A stretch of DNA of 64,000 bases. It comes from Octopus bimaculoides (Eukaryota). This document shows, one piece after another, positions 1 through 12,528 of this stretch. A program made the translations under genes and the position numbers. Positions within the stretch are counted from its first letter, which is position 1, and each line of letters starts with the position of its first letter. The DNA is taken from positions 45,281,431 to 45,345,430 of the forward strand of contig NC_068992.1 in assembly GCF_001194135.2 (NCBI RefSeq), in the 5' to 3' direction. A model generated the notes under the pieces. That model had not been told where the DNA came from and searched no databases. It saw only the letters and a program-made list of their open reading frames with translations.

Positions 1-1335
1 CGTTCACTATTATTTACATCCGTGCCTTCTATAGTATCTCTATCACTAGCAATTCTATCAGTAAGGATTTTATTCCCACCGTCTCCGCCACCACCATTCC
101 GCACCGGTTGTCTCGGCCCATACATGATATTTTTCCTATTGCCGCCTCCAACATCACCATTACCCCTACTATTGGCGTACCAAGTATTTCCATTATTACG
201 ACAACCATTATTATTACCTATACTTTTGTCTCTACCCTTGCCATTTGCCGCGCTATCCCTGCTATTGGCCGTGCTACATTTTGCAAAGCACCCTCTCCTA
301 GGTGTGGTTGTTTCATCTATATCATTCTGGTTACTATTGTCATTGGGGGTGTATTTTATCCCATCCCTATACCCTGCATTTTTTAACGCTACATTGTATC
401 TCTCCTTATGTTTATTGAATATCTCTTCATTTGAGGATAGGTTAGAAATCCTTTTGCTTATATTCAGAAGAAGTGCTTTCTTCATTTGTGGGGGGTGGTT
501 ACTAGAACTATTTATATACCTTATATTAGAATTTTCTTTTATATACGGCTCATGTAGTCCGGTATTTAGGTTACAGTTTGCATCTAAGTAATTAATAGAA
601 TAGTTTTCATTTTCATTAGTTATGGATAGGCCAAACCTACTAAAGAATTTGTGCAATCGTTTTTTAAGCAATTCGAGGCGTCTATTCGAGATATTTTCAA
701 CCAGAAAAAGTGCGTCGTCTCTATATANNNNNNNNNNNNNNNNNNNNNNNNNNNNNNNNNNNNNNNNNNNNNNNNNNNNNNNNNNNNNNNNNNNNNNNNN
801 NNNNNNNNNNNNNNNNNNNNNNNNNNNNNNNNNNNNNNNNNNNNNNNNNNNNNNNNNNNNNNNNNNNNNNNNNNNNNNNNNNNNNNNNNNNNNNNNNNNN
901 NNNNNNNNNNNNNNNNNNNNNNNNNNNNNNNNNNNNNNNNTAGGACTACTGGGTTTATAGATGCATAGTAGTTTTGAATATCAATTTGGATTAGTCTAAG
1001 GTTACGCCTATTCCCTATCTATATTTTGGAGAACCAATTCAAAGCTCCTTGTGTGTTTTTCCATAAGTCAAGTTTTACCCTATTCCTAATCGTTGGTAGG
1101 TACTTATCTAGTATTACTTTGCTAAGTTTTCTTAAATCGGATTTGCTGGGACAAATTAATCTAACCTGTGTTTTGTGTGGGAAGTTCTCTTTGTGGTCTT
1201 TAATAGTTATACGTGGTCTGATAGGAGTGAATGGTTCAGTTTTATCGTCTATATTGAAATCCAGCATAATATTCCTGGCTTCCAAGTTTAACTCTCTTAG
1301 AGTGGTGCTAGGTACAACTTTAATATTTTTTTATC
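1..1335 (-). mobile_element. Penelope-like element (PLE) reverse transcriptase fragment; 5'-truncated, interrupted by the gap at 728-940, runs off the window start
   Basis: Manual minus-strand translation. 1285-1019 gives ...RITIKDHKENFPHKTQVRLICPSKSDLRKLSKVILDK...LDLWKNTQGALNWFSKI. After one TAG the frame continues IGNRRNLRLIQIDIQNYYASINPVVL (RT motif A). Beyond the gap, 725-3 is stop-free: YRDDALFLVE...INYLDANCNLNTGLHEPYIKENSNIRYINSSSNHPPQMKK...RISNLSSNEEIFNKHKERYNVALKNAGY. The YRDD catalytic motif and the NHPP/SSNEEIF thumb are characteristic of invertebrate PLEs. Confidence 0.9.
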
Positions 1336-1477
1336 ATTTCCCTATGTATCAGTTCGTGGTATGTGTCAGTATGTACATACATACATGCATACATACATAC
1401 ATACATATATGTATATACATACATAGGAAAATCGAAAATTTATAATATTCTACTCAAGATTTGTAGCAATTTATATA

Positions 1478-1960
<483 letters not shown>

Positions 1961-2060
1961 TATGTGTGTATGTATGTGTGTTTGCGCATATATATATATA
2001 TATATACATATATACACGCACATATATATATACATACACACACACACATATATATATACA

Positions 2061-2250
2061 GTTGAAATTTACAGAAAAACAAAAGACGAAGACAGGCGTA
2101 TAAACAACAAACAGGTATATTAGTTTAACATTCGGGAGGTGAGAAAGTCTTGTACGTTTCGAGCCTACGCTCTTCAACAGAACGGAACACAAGGAAATAA
2201 ACAGAGAGAGAATAAAAAATAAGCTTTTGACGTTAGTGGTCAATCATGGC
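2061..2250 (-). mobile_element. ~190-bp interspersed repeat with minimal hammerhead-like motif (copy 1); possible PLE terminal repeat
   Basis: Aligns by eye with 10292-10480 (gacgaagacagg...aaacaacaaa...tattagtttaac...gagaaagtc...acgtttcgagcctacgctcttcaac). The minus strand contains CTGTTGA-A-GAGC-gtag-GCTC-GAAA-CGTA. Confidence 0.7.
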
Positions 2251-2299
2251 GGCTGGCTGGACAAAGGTAGTTAGACAGGAGATCTAGGAAGAAAGGGAG

Positions 2300-2575
2300 A
2301 TAATGCAGTATTGGCGTATGTGAGAGTGTGTAAATGTGTTCGTGTGGATAGGGGCTGGTGCTTTTGGCGTGTGGATGTGTGCGTGTGCAAGTGTGCGAGT
2401 CTGTAATGTGTGGGTGTGTAGATGATGGTGTGGGTGCTGGGAAGTGGTCAGTGCTAGTATGTGCGGGGTGATGTTATGTAGTGTGGTGGTGTGTGGTGTG
2501 GTATGATGTGGTGTGTTGTGTGGTGTGACGTGGTGGTGTTGGGGTGAGGATGCGAACGTGGGGTGTGGGAATGTG
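2300..2575. repeat. GT-rich low-complexity tract with degenerate (TGTGG)n
   Basis: Direct reading, e.g. gtgtggtggtgtgtggtgtggtatgatgtggtgtgttgtgtggtgtg. Confidence 0.8.
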
Positions 2576-3218
2576 NNNNNNNNNNGTATGTGTATAGTAC
2601 ATACAAAGTATATTGTGTGTACACATGTGATTCAGATGTTTGTACACACATATAACTACACATGTGTGCGTGTGTGTGTGTACATGTGTGTACATGCGTG
2701 TGTATGAGCGTGTGAATGTGCGTATGTGGGAATACACACATACACACACACATATATACGCATATTTATACATACACACACTTATACATACATACATACA
2801 TACATACATACATACATACATACATACGTACTACGTACATAAATACATACATACATATATACATACATGCATACATACATCCATGCATACACATAGACAG
2901 ACAGACGGAAAGACGCACACATGCATACACTCCTATATATAATTTGGTGTTGATTAATGCAATCCATCTTTCATTTTTGTCTGTGCAGACTTCCGCTATT
3001 TTGACGTCATTTCCGTTAAAACCGATCACATAACCACTAGTTCTTCACAGCAACAACATAATTTACAGTTACATTTTTAAAACTCTGTATTGCAATGATT
3101 TTATTCAATTCTAAATAACAACTTCAAATTTAGCTTCATGTCTATCCTTATTTATAAACCTCCCTCTCCATTATAATACTTTAGTACATCAACAATCGAC
3201 GTCTAATTACACAGTTTT

Positions 3219-3333
3219 TAATTTGTTATTCCAGCAGCTATAGCTTCTAATAGTATATATATTCGTATGTTCACTCGTTCGAGTGAACATATATACGACA
3301 AATACTATTTCGAGCTACTTGAAATAACAGTTA
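3219..3333. repeat. Imperfect palindrome (hairpin or MITE-like)
   Basis: Perfect core tatgttcactcg-tt-cgagtgaacata at 3266-3291. The arms extend imperfectly to taatttgttattccagcagcta and gagctacttgaaataacagtta. Confidence 0.7.
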
Positions 3334-4106
3334 AATCTCCATATGCCTAATCCATATTTTCCTAGAATAAAACTTGTAGATGAATGTAACACTCTGTGTG
3401 TTGTTGTAAGTATGCTTGTAATTCAGACATCTGCACATATATATAGTACAACAGAAAAACTGCGATGGTTGTTGATGGAATATCTTTGAAAGTAAATTTA
3501 CTTATAATGATTTTCATAAATATGGTAACTGAATACAGTTCTTGACATATAAAAAAAATGGATAATCGCGTTGTGATTCACAATCAGTACTTACCTCAAT
3601 GAAACGACAGATAGAACGACGATGTATCTTCTACGGAGTTTGTTTACGTTACACATCTCATAAATAAAGATAATTTATTATATACATAACTCGAGACTTT
3701 AATAACAGGCGAAAATCGATTAAGACTGTTCATAAAAAAAAAAATCTATGGAGAAATAGGTAAATTTGACAGGTTCGTGTATCTCCTAAGTACTACTAAG
3801 TAGGTTTATATATGTATCCTACCTAGACACTGTGTGGGGTAAATTACCCGTTGACAGGCCTCAGATATTAAATGAACTCAAATACTTATTGCATGCAAAT
3901 TAGAAAATCCAGTTCTCTGGGGCTATTCATATACATACATACATACACACATGAGCGCGCGCACACACATACACACACACTCACATATGTATATGTAACA
4001 AGGGTACAAATTTACAAATTAGTACTGGCAATTGCAAGAAATAAGAGTCAAAACGACTCGAAATAGTCACACAGAGCACTAACCTCATGAACTGACGGAA
4101 AACGAG

Positions 4107-4255
4107 GAAGCGAGCTAAACCACTTTTCATTGTGAGACGAATTTACAAAATGAAGTAAAGAAACATACTCTTATCACATGATTTCGAATTCCAAATCACG
4201 TGTTTACTTCATTTTGTGAATTTATCTCACAACGAAAGGTGCTTTAGCTCGCTCC
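4107..4255. repeat. ~150-bp near-perfect fold-back (palindromic MITE-like)
   Basis: 4107-4159 (gaagcgagctaaaccacttttcattgtgagacgaatttacaaaatgaagtaaa) is the reverse complement of 4203-4255 with few mismatches. An inner stem is formed by cacatgattt (4175-4184) and aaatcacgtg (4193-4202). Confidence 0.85.
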
Positions 4256-5991
4256 ACCGCCCGCTTTTGTCGATATCTGTTCAGATCTAAATACATATTT
4301 GTATTTGTAATTTTAAGTGAAATTCACATTTTTTATGTTTATAACTTTGAAGCACTTTTACTTATAAGTATTTTTATCTTCAAGATCCCACCACTTTAAC
4401 CGGTTGCGTGGAAATCAGTTGAAGTCTCCATGATCCCACTTAAGTGGTTCAATTAGTTCCAGTAAACATTTATGATATTTCATCTGCCTAGCTACAGACG
4501 CTAAACCTTATATGAACCCCCGGGAGGATCATATGGGCCCGAGTGAGAACCTCTGTTTTAGAGCAAGAGTTTGGAATATAGAGCGTAGTCTTAAGGGTTG
4601 ATACGAGTAAGGAAAGAGGCAGGGAAGGAAATAGCGAAGCAGATAAGGATCGCGGTGGCACAGAGGAAAGGTAAAAAGGAAGAGAGGGGCAGAGGGGAAA
4701 ACGGAAAGGGGGAGAGGGAACGAGAAAGGAGAAAAGGGAAAGAAAAAAAGGAAAGAGAGAAAACAAGAGAAAGAGAGAGAACTGTTTCTAGTAACAGAAA
4801 TAGTTACTAGAAGCATGGATACTGAGCGCCAAAAATATAGCTGTCTTAAGGTCGTAAGGCTTTAGATGTTCCGGGAAATGTGAAGTTGTGTCTGCGAGTC
4901 TGTGAAATCTTCACAAAGAATGTGTTAATTGCAATTTGAAGCTGTAGAAATTCGCAATTGATATTTGAAAAGTTCTTAACGGAAGATAATGCCATTTTCA
5001 AATTATCTCTTGCAACCTGCTGATTGGTTTCGATTTATGGTCATGCCATCAAGAGAAAGACGCTAACTTTGGAATTATGCCAGAGGCCAAATTCGAAGAA
5101 ATCTTCTAATGTGACTAAAGCACCAAATGTAGGCTTCTGGTAAATAATATACAAAAACTAAAAAGAAAATGAGAAAACAACGGTGTTGCATGTGTGTGTG
5201 TGTGTATATATGTGTATATGTATACACACACATATACATATATATACATACACATAATGCATATATACATAGATACATACATACATACATACATACACAC
5301 ATACAAACATATATGCATATAAATATATGTATATATATGTACGTATATATGTACACACATACACACGTATATATGTATATATATGTATGTATATATGTAC
5401 ATACATACACACATGCAAACATATATGCATATAAATATATTATATATATGTAAATATATATATATATANNNNNNNNNNNNNNNNNNNNNNNNNNNNNNNN
5501 NNNNNNNNNNNNNNNNNNNNNNNNNNNNNNNNNNNNNNNNNNNNNNNNNNNNNNNNNNNNNNNNNNNNNNNNNNNNNNNNNNNNNNNNNNNNNNNNNNNN
5601 NNNNNNNNNNNNNNNNNNNNNNNNNNNNNNNNNNNNNNNNNNNNNNNNNNNNNNNNNNNNNNNNNNNNNNNNNNNNNNNNNNNNNNNNNNNNNNNNCAGA
5701 AATACACCTTATATGCATGTATATGATTTAGTCGAGAACAAGAAAACAAAAAGAATCCTAATGAAATCAAAGAGACTCAGACATAAGAATGGTGCCAGAG
5801 AGAGAACAGACATTAGTTTTTAAATGAGAAATTAGGAATTTAATTCAAATTTTCATAACACCATTTGTGATGTTCTTTTTTGAAAATGTATTTGTTCTCA
5901 ACATTTTATTTGCAGGAAAATGCATACGCCACGCGCGCGTGCGCTTTCACACAAACACACATACACGTACGCAACCATGCACACAAACGAG

Positions 5992-6068
5992 TATATACAC
6001 ACGCACATATATACACACGCACATATATACACACGCACATATATACACACGCACATATATACACACAC
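5992..6068. repeat. 16-nt minisatellite (atatacacacgcacat), about 4 copies
   Basis: Direct tandem copies are visible. Confidence 0.85.
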
Positions 6069-6349
6069 ACCTTCAGGTACATTTACATATATATGTATCT
6101 ACTTATACATATTCATATATAAATGGATATATACATGTAGAAATGCAGCTTAGATTAGAAGGAAATCCTAATATTGCCCCCAGAATTGCCTAGACGTACG
6201 GATTTAAAGAACTTGATGGCGTATGAGGACGTAGAGGTATCCGTATTGCAGAAAGTAAGGTACATAGAAAGAAAGCTGCTTCATTGTGAAAAGCACCATC
6301 TGTGTAATGTTTGGGCAGACTGTACACTTCAACATATTTTAAGTGAAAC

Positions 6350-6576
6350 CAACAATGCTTCTGGGTAAACTGTGTTTTGCGTAAGAATAAATATACAAGT
6401 CATCTGCACTGCTAACTGGAGAGCATGCGATATATAGTTGTCCATGAGAAAAGCAGGGTATTTGTAAATTGAGACCCAGAATTTTTTAGTTTGACTTTGT
6501 GCTTTGTTGATTGTCATACTAAAGCACAATCACACTTGGAACTAGAGGAGCTTGAATTGAAATGACACATTTGCTT
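6350..6576 (-). mobile_element. Helitron Rep/helicase (PIF1-like) C-terminal remnant, pseudogenised
   Basis: The minus strand reads SFQFKLL*FQV*LCFSMTINKAQSQT, then after a frameshift PCFSHGQLYIACSPVSSADDLYI...NTVYPEAL. This matches the SF1/PIF1 motifs V-VI of Helitrons (F.MTINKAQGQT...CFSHGQLYVA.SRV). Confidence 0.85.
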
Positions 6577-7149
6577 TCTTCTTTCTTATTCACTTTTTAT
6601 CACTTTTTATGGCTCTGAGAAAATTTCCCCGACGCCAATTCACCAACAGCAAGTCACGGATCAACAATTCATCGATTTCATGTTGAATACATCATTGACA
6701 AGCGTTTGAAAAAAAAACAAAAAAACAAAAAAACTAAAAACAGAGATATAAATTTATACGTACTGGCAATCTTACATCTACCCCACACCCTCACCACCAG
6801 CAACAACGACAACAACTACAAAAGAACAACGGCAACAGCGAATATCAATACTATCAGCATAAACAAACTAAAACTTCAGATGAAGCAAAAGCCAACAAAC
6901 ATTCCATGCTCTTGATTTAGAGAAGACAAATGACATAAAAGCGTCTGACTGTTTCATTGTAGAAAGACTGTTAAAAAGGAAAAAAAAAAGGTTAGACAAA
7001 CGAATCTGCTGGTGTGGTTTCCCCCATCCAACCCTTCCTACAAAAGATCAACGGCGTCCGGTTAAACAATTTCCAAAATCCTTGTCCGAACAGACAAACC
7101 AGTCTTAAACAAGCACGGCCATAACAACTGCAACGAGAACAGTAACATG

Positions 7150-7770
7150 ATTAGTTCTTGCCTAGGGCTAAACAACGGCAAGAATGAAGAAATTTACCAG
7201 ATTTTCCAAATATTCAATGCTACATTTGTCACTTGATAATTCTTTCTTCATAATTTATCGTCTGTTTTCTCCATAACGGTACTGAATGGGCGCCGTAAAT
7301 TTGGTTAATCTCTTACATTACCTAAATTTACTTGAGTTAATAATTTATTAGTTTTTACTTTCCCCATCTGGAAAATATAAATAACACCGTCACGATATTC
7401 GATGCCTTAAATCTATTTAGATGTTATACATAATGTCTCGGTAAAATCATAGCTACCTTATTGCTTCATTGAGCTTTTGTATCATTATTTGATCTTGTTT
7501 CATGTCATTTACCGGAGGAGTAAATTTATTGATGACGCTAGCTTTAATTCTTCGATCAATCTCATTAATCCATTTAAGTCATGTTGCTGGAAAAAATGGT
7601 CAAAGACACTGTTATCTATCCTTACCATTACTGAACATTTGATTTTACAGCACAATAGATAATAAATATTTCTGATTGGTTCCTGTTCTGATAAATTAAT
7701 GAATCCCATCAATTAGGAAGTGGGATTCCTCTGTGTGATGGCCGACACAAGGTTTCTCCTGTGAGGAAAT
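7150..7770 (-). mobile_element. Possible highly decayed PLE pre-RT region
   Basis: Short minus-strand pieces across frameshifts (KWINEIDRRIK, ID-KASNIV, SSDKCS) weakly recall the IDKASNN and SSKCS motifs that precede PLE RT domains. The match is weak. Confidence 0.25.
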
Positions 7771-9201
7771 AACGCAGCTGATGCTTAACATCATATCAAT
7801 GATTTCATGTAAATTTTATGTATTTAGCAATGAAGTAATGATACATCTTTATCCTTCAATCTATTTGAGATTATTGGAACACCTTTGTAGAGCTACTTCA
7901 ATAATCTAAAACAGATTAAGTGAAAAGGACTATTTGCTATCATTAATGACGGCAAACGACCCTCAACACTTTATAATACGCCAAGCAGCAGTGATCTTCC
8001 TCTCAGCCTTTCAGTAACACTTATTTGAAAGAACAACAATCGGGTATTGACCTTTATCGATTATTTGTCAAATTCTAGACGAACGGAAATTAATATTTGA
8101 TTGAACAGTTGACTCTGTAATATTCAATGGTAAACATTATTTGATACGAAACCATAAACTCTGTCCGTTATATCTTCTTCTATTCACCTGCCGATCGTCT
8201 CTGAATATTAGTATAAACATTTTAATTTCTCCTAGTTAACGTTCGTCTATTGGAAAATAATGTTTTTTCTTCAGTACATTCTATTACTTGGAAGCAGGTG
8301 GAACCAGTCTTTCTGCTATGAATAACTAAAAGAATAAAACATCAACATATATAGTTTATATCGATTTTAAAAAGAGTATGCTTTGAAATAATGCTTTTAA
8401 AGTAGGATAAAGGGTTTTAAATCACCAGTTTTTCTCATTTTTGAAATTTCTTTTGTAGATAGCACGCTTGATAGAATCAATCGCTTGATGAAAAAATCAA
8501 TAGAACAGAGAATTCAGTTATCTATGGCTTTAAAGTACTTAACTTCGTGTTTAGTTCTGACGTAGTCTATGTTAGCTTAGTGGTCATAGCATACAGACTG
8601 ATAATTATACAATCCCAGTTAGGAATGCTGATATCAAGTGAAGAATATGACGATGAAGTTTTGTTAATGATACAAGTTATCTTTTTAGTTATTAAAAGAA
8701 TGGAACAGAGAGATATTTCCGCTGCTTTTTAAAATGAGAATTGGAAGAATATATCAATTCTCGTTTGTTGTTTTCAAACAATAGATCATGAAACGGTGGC
8801 ACCATACCAATATATCTAGGCAGAAGGTCACAGACATCTCTGCGGTTGTATTAAATAATAGAAAAATAATTAATATATAAATGAACAGCAACTCACATAT
8901 AAATTATTTCAGACATTATTTGGTTCGCACGCGCGCGTGTGTGTGTATATATGTATACACGTTCATACATGCACACATACAAACACAAAAACCTAACACA
9001 TATATACATCCATCTAAAAACGTGCGTTTGTGTGTGGGAGTTTGTGTGAGTGTGTGTATGCACCAAATAATGTCTGGAATAATTTACGAGAGCTACCGTT
9101 TATTTATACATACCTACATGCATACATACATTCATGTATACATACATACATACATGTATACATACATACATGCATACATATATATATCTATATATCGATA
9201 T

Positions 9202-9235
<34 letters not shown>

Positions 9236-9424
9236 NNNNNNNNNNNNNNNNNNNNNNNNNNNNNNNNNNNNNNNNNNNNNNNNNNNNNNNNNNNNNNNNN
9301 NNNNNNNNNNNNNNNNNNNNNNNNNNNNNNNNNNNNNNNNNNNNNNNNNNNNNNNNNNNNNNNNNNNNNNNNNNNNNNNNNNNNNNNNNNNNNNNNNNNN
9401 NNNNNNNNNNNNNNNNNNNNNNNN

Positions 9425-9470
<46 letters not shown>

Positions 9471-10134
9471 GTATATATATGCACACACACATATAAGTAA
9501 ATACTTGCATATATGCACGTATATACATATATTTCTATAGTCCATCCATCCATCCATCTTTCCATCCTTCCAACTATCCGTACGTATGTACACACATACT
9601 CATATATATATATATATACATACATACATACATACATACATACATACATACATAAATACATACATACATACATACACACATACGAACCATTGTATGCGTG
9701 GAGAAATCGATAACGACGAATTCAAAAACAAAAGCAACAAAAGTCAAAGGAGCGTTCATAGTGACGATTACTAGTTCAACGTTCGATAAAAGTTTTAAGA
9801 AAGAAAGTTGAAAGTAGAAACATAGTGTTTCAGGCATAACCCTTTATGAGATAGTAGAAGAGAGTGTAGAGAAGAGGTGGGGGGGGGAGAGGAAAGAAGA
9901 AGAGATATGAAGGGAGAGTCAGGCAAAAAGCACTCGGTGTCCAGATGATCGAAAAATAACTGACCGGAAGTGGTAAGAAAATGTGGCTCTTCGAAGACGA
10001 AAAAGTGTATAATTGGTCTATGTGTGTTTGTGCGAGCGTGCGTGTGTGTGTGTGCGTGCGCGTGCGCGCGTGTATGTGAAAGGGTTGTGAGTAGCATGTT
10101 TATATGTTAAGGAGTGCTAAGTAGTGGAATAACA

Positions 10135-10213
<79 letters not shown>

Positions 10214-10291
10214 TGTGTGTGTGTGTGTGTGTGTGTATGCGTGTGTGTATGTGTGTGTGTGTATGTGTGTGTGTATATATATATATATATG

Positions 10292-10480
10292 GGAGAATTT
10301 ACGAAAAACAAAATCAACAGACGAAGACAGGTGGTGTAAACAACAAATGGATGTATTAGTTTAACGCTCGGGAATAGAGAAAGTCCTTGACGTTTCGAGC
10401 CTACGCTCTTCAACTGAAAGGAACACAGAAATAAAGAAGGAGAGAAACAAGGAGAAAAAAAAATATAAATGTAGTGGTCA
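10292..10480 (-). mobile_element. ~190-bp interspersed repeat with minimal hammerhead-like motif (copy 2)
   Basis: Homologous to 2061-2250. Minus strand: ttccttt-CAGTTGA-A-GAGC-gtag-GCTC-GAAA-CGTC-aagga. It abuts a (TA)n/(TG)n array at its 3' end. Confidence 0.7.
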
Positions 10481-11639
10481 GCGATCTATCAAGGCGAAAT
10501 ATATATATATATACTCACACATAAATATATATATATATAGATATACATACATATTTTTATAGATATACATACACACACACATATATATACATACATGCAT
10601 ACATACGTAGACGCACACATTTATATATATATGTTCATTGGTGTACATTTGTATATATGCATGCGTAAATATGCGCACAGATATAGACATAAAAATAAAG
10701 GACATAATTTCCAGCATTGTGCCATCATTTTGCCCTTTTCTAATTTCCTGGTTAAATTGCCTGGCGATGGTTGTGATACTGTCATAGTGGTGGTAATGAT
10801 GTTGGCTATAGTGGTGCTGGGTGTGGCAATGTTTACTGAAGTGTTGGTGAGGTGATGTTAAAAGCGACAGCGATCATAATGGGTGACAATGCTATCTGAG
10901 GGTATGGGGACACCGGGCAGTTGTGTGGAGAACTCAGGAATCTAGGGGCCCAGTTCTGATGAGTGCATGCTGTGGTTTGCTGTCAATCAATAAATGCTAT
11001 AGCACTTGTGCACTAATTTGCTCGAGGGCCTTTAATGCAGTTAAGGCCAACCTTGTGGGTGTTCTGAATAGTTGCGTTGATGGTGGTTGCGAGAGTTAAT
11101 TTTGTTTGATATAGTATGTCATGAGTATTCGCAGTGGTCACTGATCAAAAGTAGGTAGCTGTCAGGAATGGCTCTTGACCAGTAATGGCTTCGGTCAATT
11201 GTGGGTAATAGTAGTTGTGTGTACTCATTAGTGGCCAATGCTAAATAGTGGTCGTCTATGGTTAATATATATATATATATATATGGACTGTGGGCTTCCT
11301 ATATATAAAACTTCAAATTTATTTAAGAAAAGTTAACTTGTCACGAAACTTTTAAATGTTTGGCACCAAAGAAAATACGGCGAGCTGTTGGAGATTTGAA
11401 CAGCTTAGAATGTCATTATTAACATATCAGATCTTGGATTGAAGAATTTCAAATTAAATTGACAAAGTTTTATGTAAAATATCTGAGGGAATAAGTTTGG
11501 CAGATGTCTAACTGGAGTATTTCCATGAGATTTCAGCAATATGATGGTTCCACTCATAGTTTTTGGCTCAAGGGAACTGGAATGGTGTCAGAACGAAGTT
11601 AAATGTCTCTGATGAAGAACATGAAATAAATCTGAAGAC

Positions 11640-12400
11640 ATTGGTGATTGTGGCGGTCGTGGCGATTGTAACGATAATAGCATCAGTGGCAATGAAAGTG
11701 GTTGTAATAGTAGTACATGTAGTAGTGGTAATATGCAATGTAATGGTGGTGGTAGCGGTAGTGTTATTTCTAGCGGTGGCAGTAGTGAGTTTTGTAGTAA
11801 TCGTGGTAAATGTGGGTGTGGTGATGGTAGTTTTGGCAGTTGAGCTGGTAGTAGTATCATGATGGTGGTGGTTGTGATGAAGTTACTGGTGGTGATAGTT
11901 GTGATAGTAATGAAGGTGAGAGTACTAATAGTAGAGGGAATGATAGTGGTATTGCTGGTAGTGGGATTAGTAGTTGTGCCAGTGGTGATGTTAGTGTTTT
12001 GATGATGATGGGGCGTTGCAGTAGAGGTGCTAGTGGTGTTGGGTGTGAAGGTAATAGTAACGGTGATAATGAAGTAGCTGTAGTAGTAGTGGTGGTGGTT
12101 TGAAGGATGATGGTTGCGGTAAGTGTATTAGCAAATGGTGGTAGAGGTCAAGGTAGTAGTTGTGTTGGTGTTGATGACTGCAGTAGTGGTGGTAGTAGTG
12201 TTTATAGCAATAATTCTTGTAGTATTAATGGTTCTAGAAGTAGCACTGGTTGTAGACATGGTTGGAGTAATAGTAGTTGAGGTTGGAGAAAGAGCTAAAG
12301 TAATAGTAACGATTGTAGCAGTAACAGTAGCAACAGCAGCAGAAACAATAGTTGTAGTAGCAGCAGTAGTAGTAATAATGGTAAAACCTCCGATATAAAA
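11640..12400. repeat. Degenerate GTN/GGT trinucleotide low-complexity tract (source of the spurious Val-rich ORFs)
   Basis: Continuous gtg/gta/ggt/gat triplets; the valine-rich ORFs shift frame repeatedly. Confidence 0.8.
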
Positions 12401-12436
12401 TCGATAATATTAACAACCATGATGTTATCTTGGTTC

Positions 12437-12484
<48 letters not shown>

Positions 12485-12485
12485 G

Positions 12486-12528
<43 letters not shown>

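Noticed and set aside
22-591. 189-aa hydrophobic plus-strand ORF resembling a membrane protein
   Set aside because: It is the antisense shadow of the open minus-strand PLE frame.
1019-1021. In-frame stop in the PLE RT as possible selenocysteine or recoding (reported for some PLE clades)
   Set aside because: The codon is TAG, not TGA, and lies in a variable position; most likely a simple lesion.
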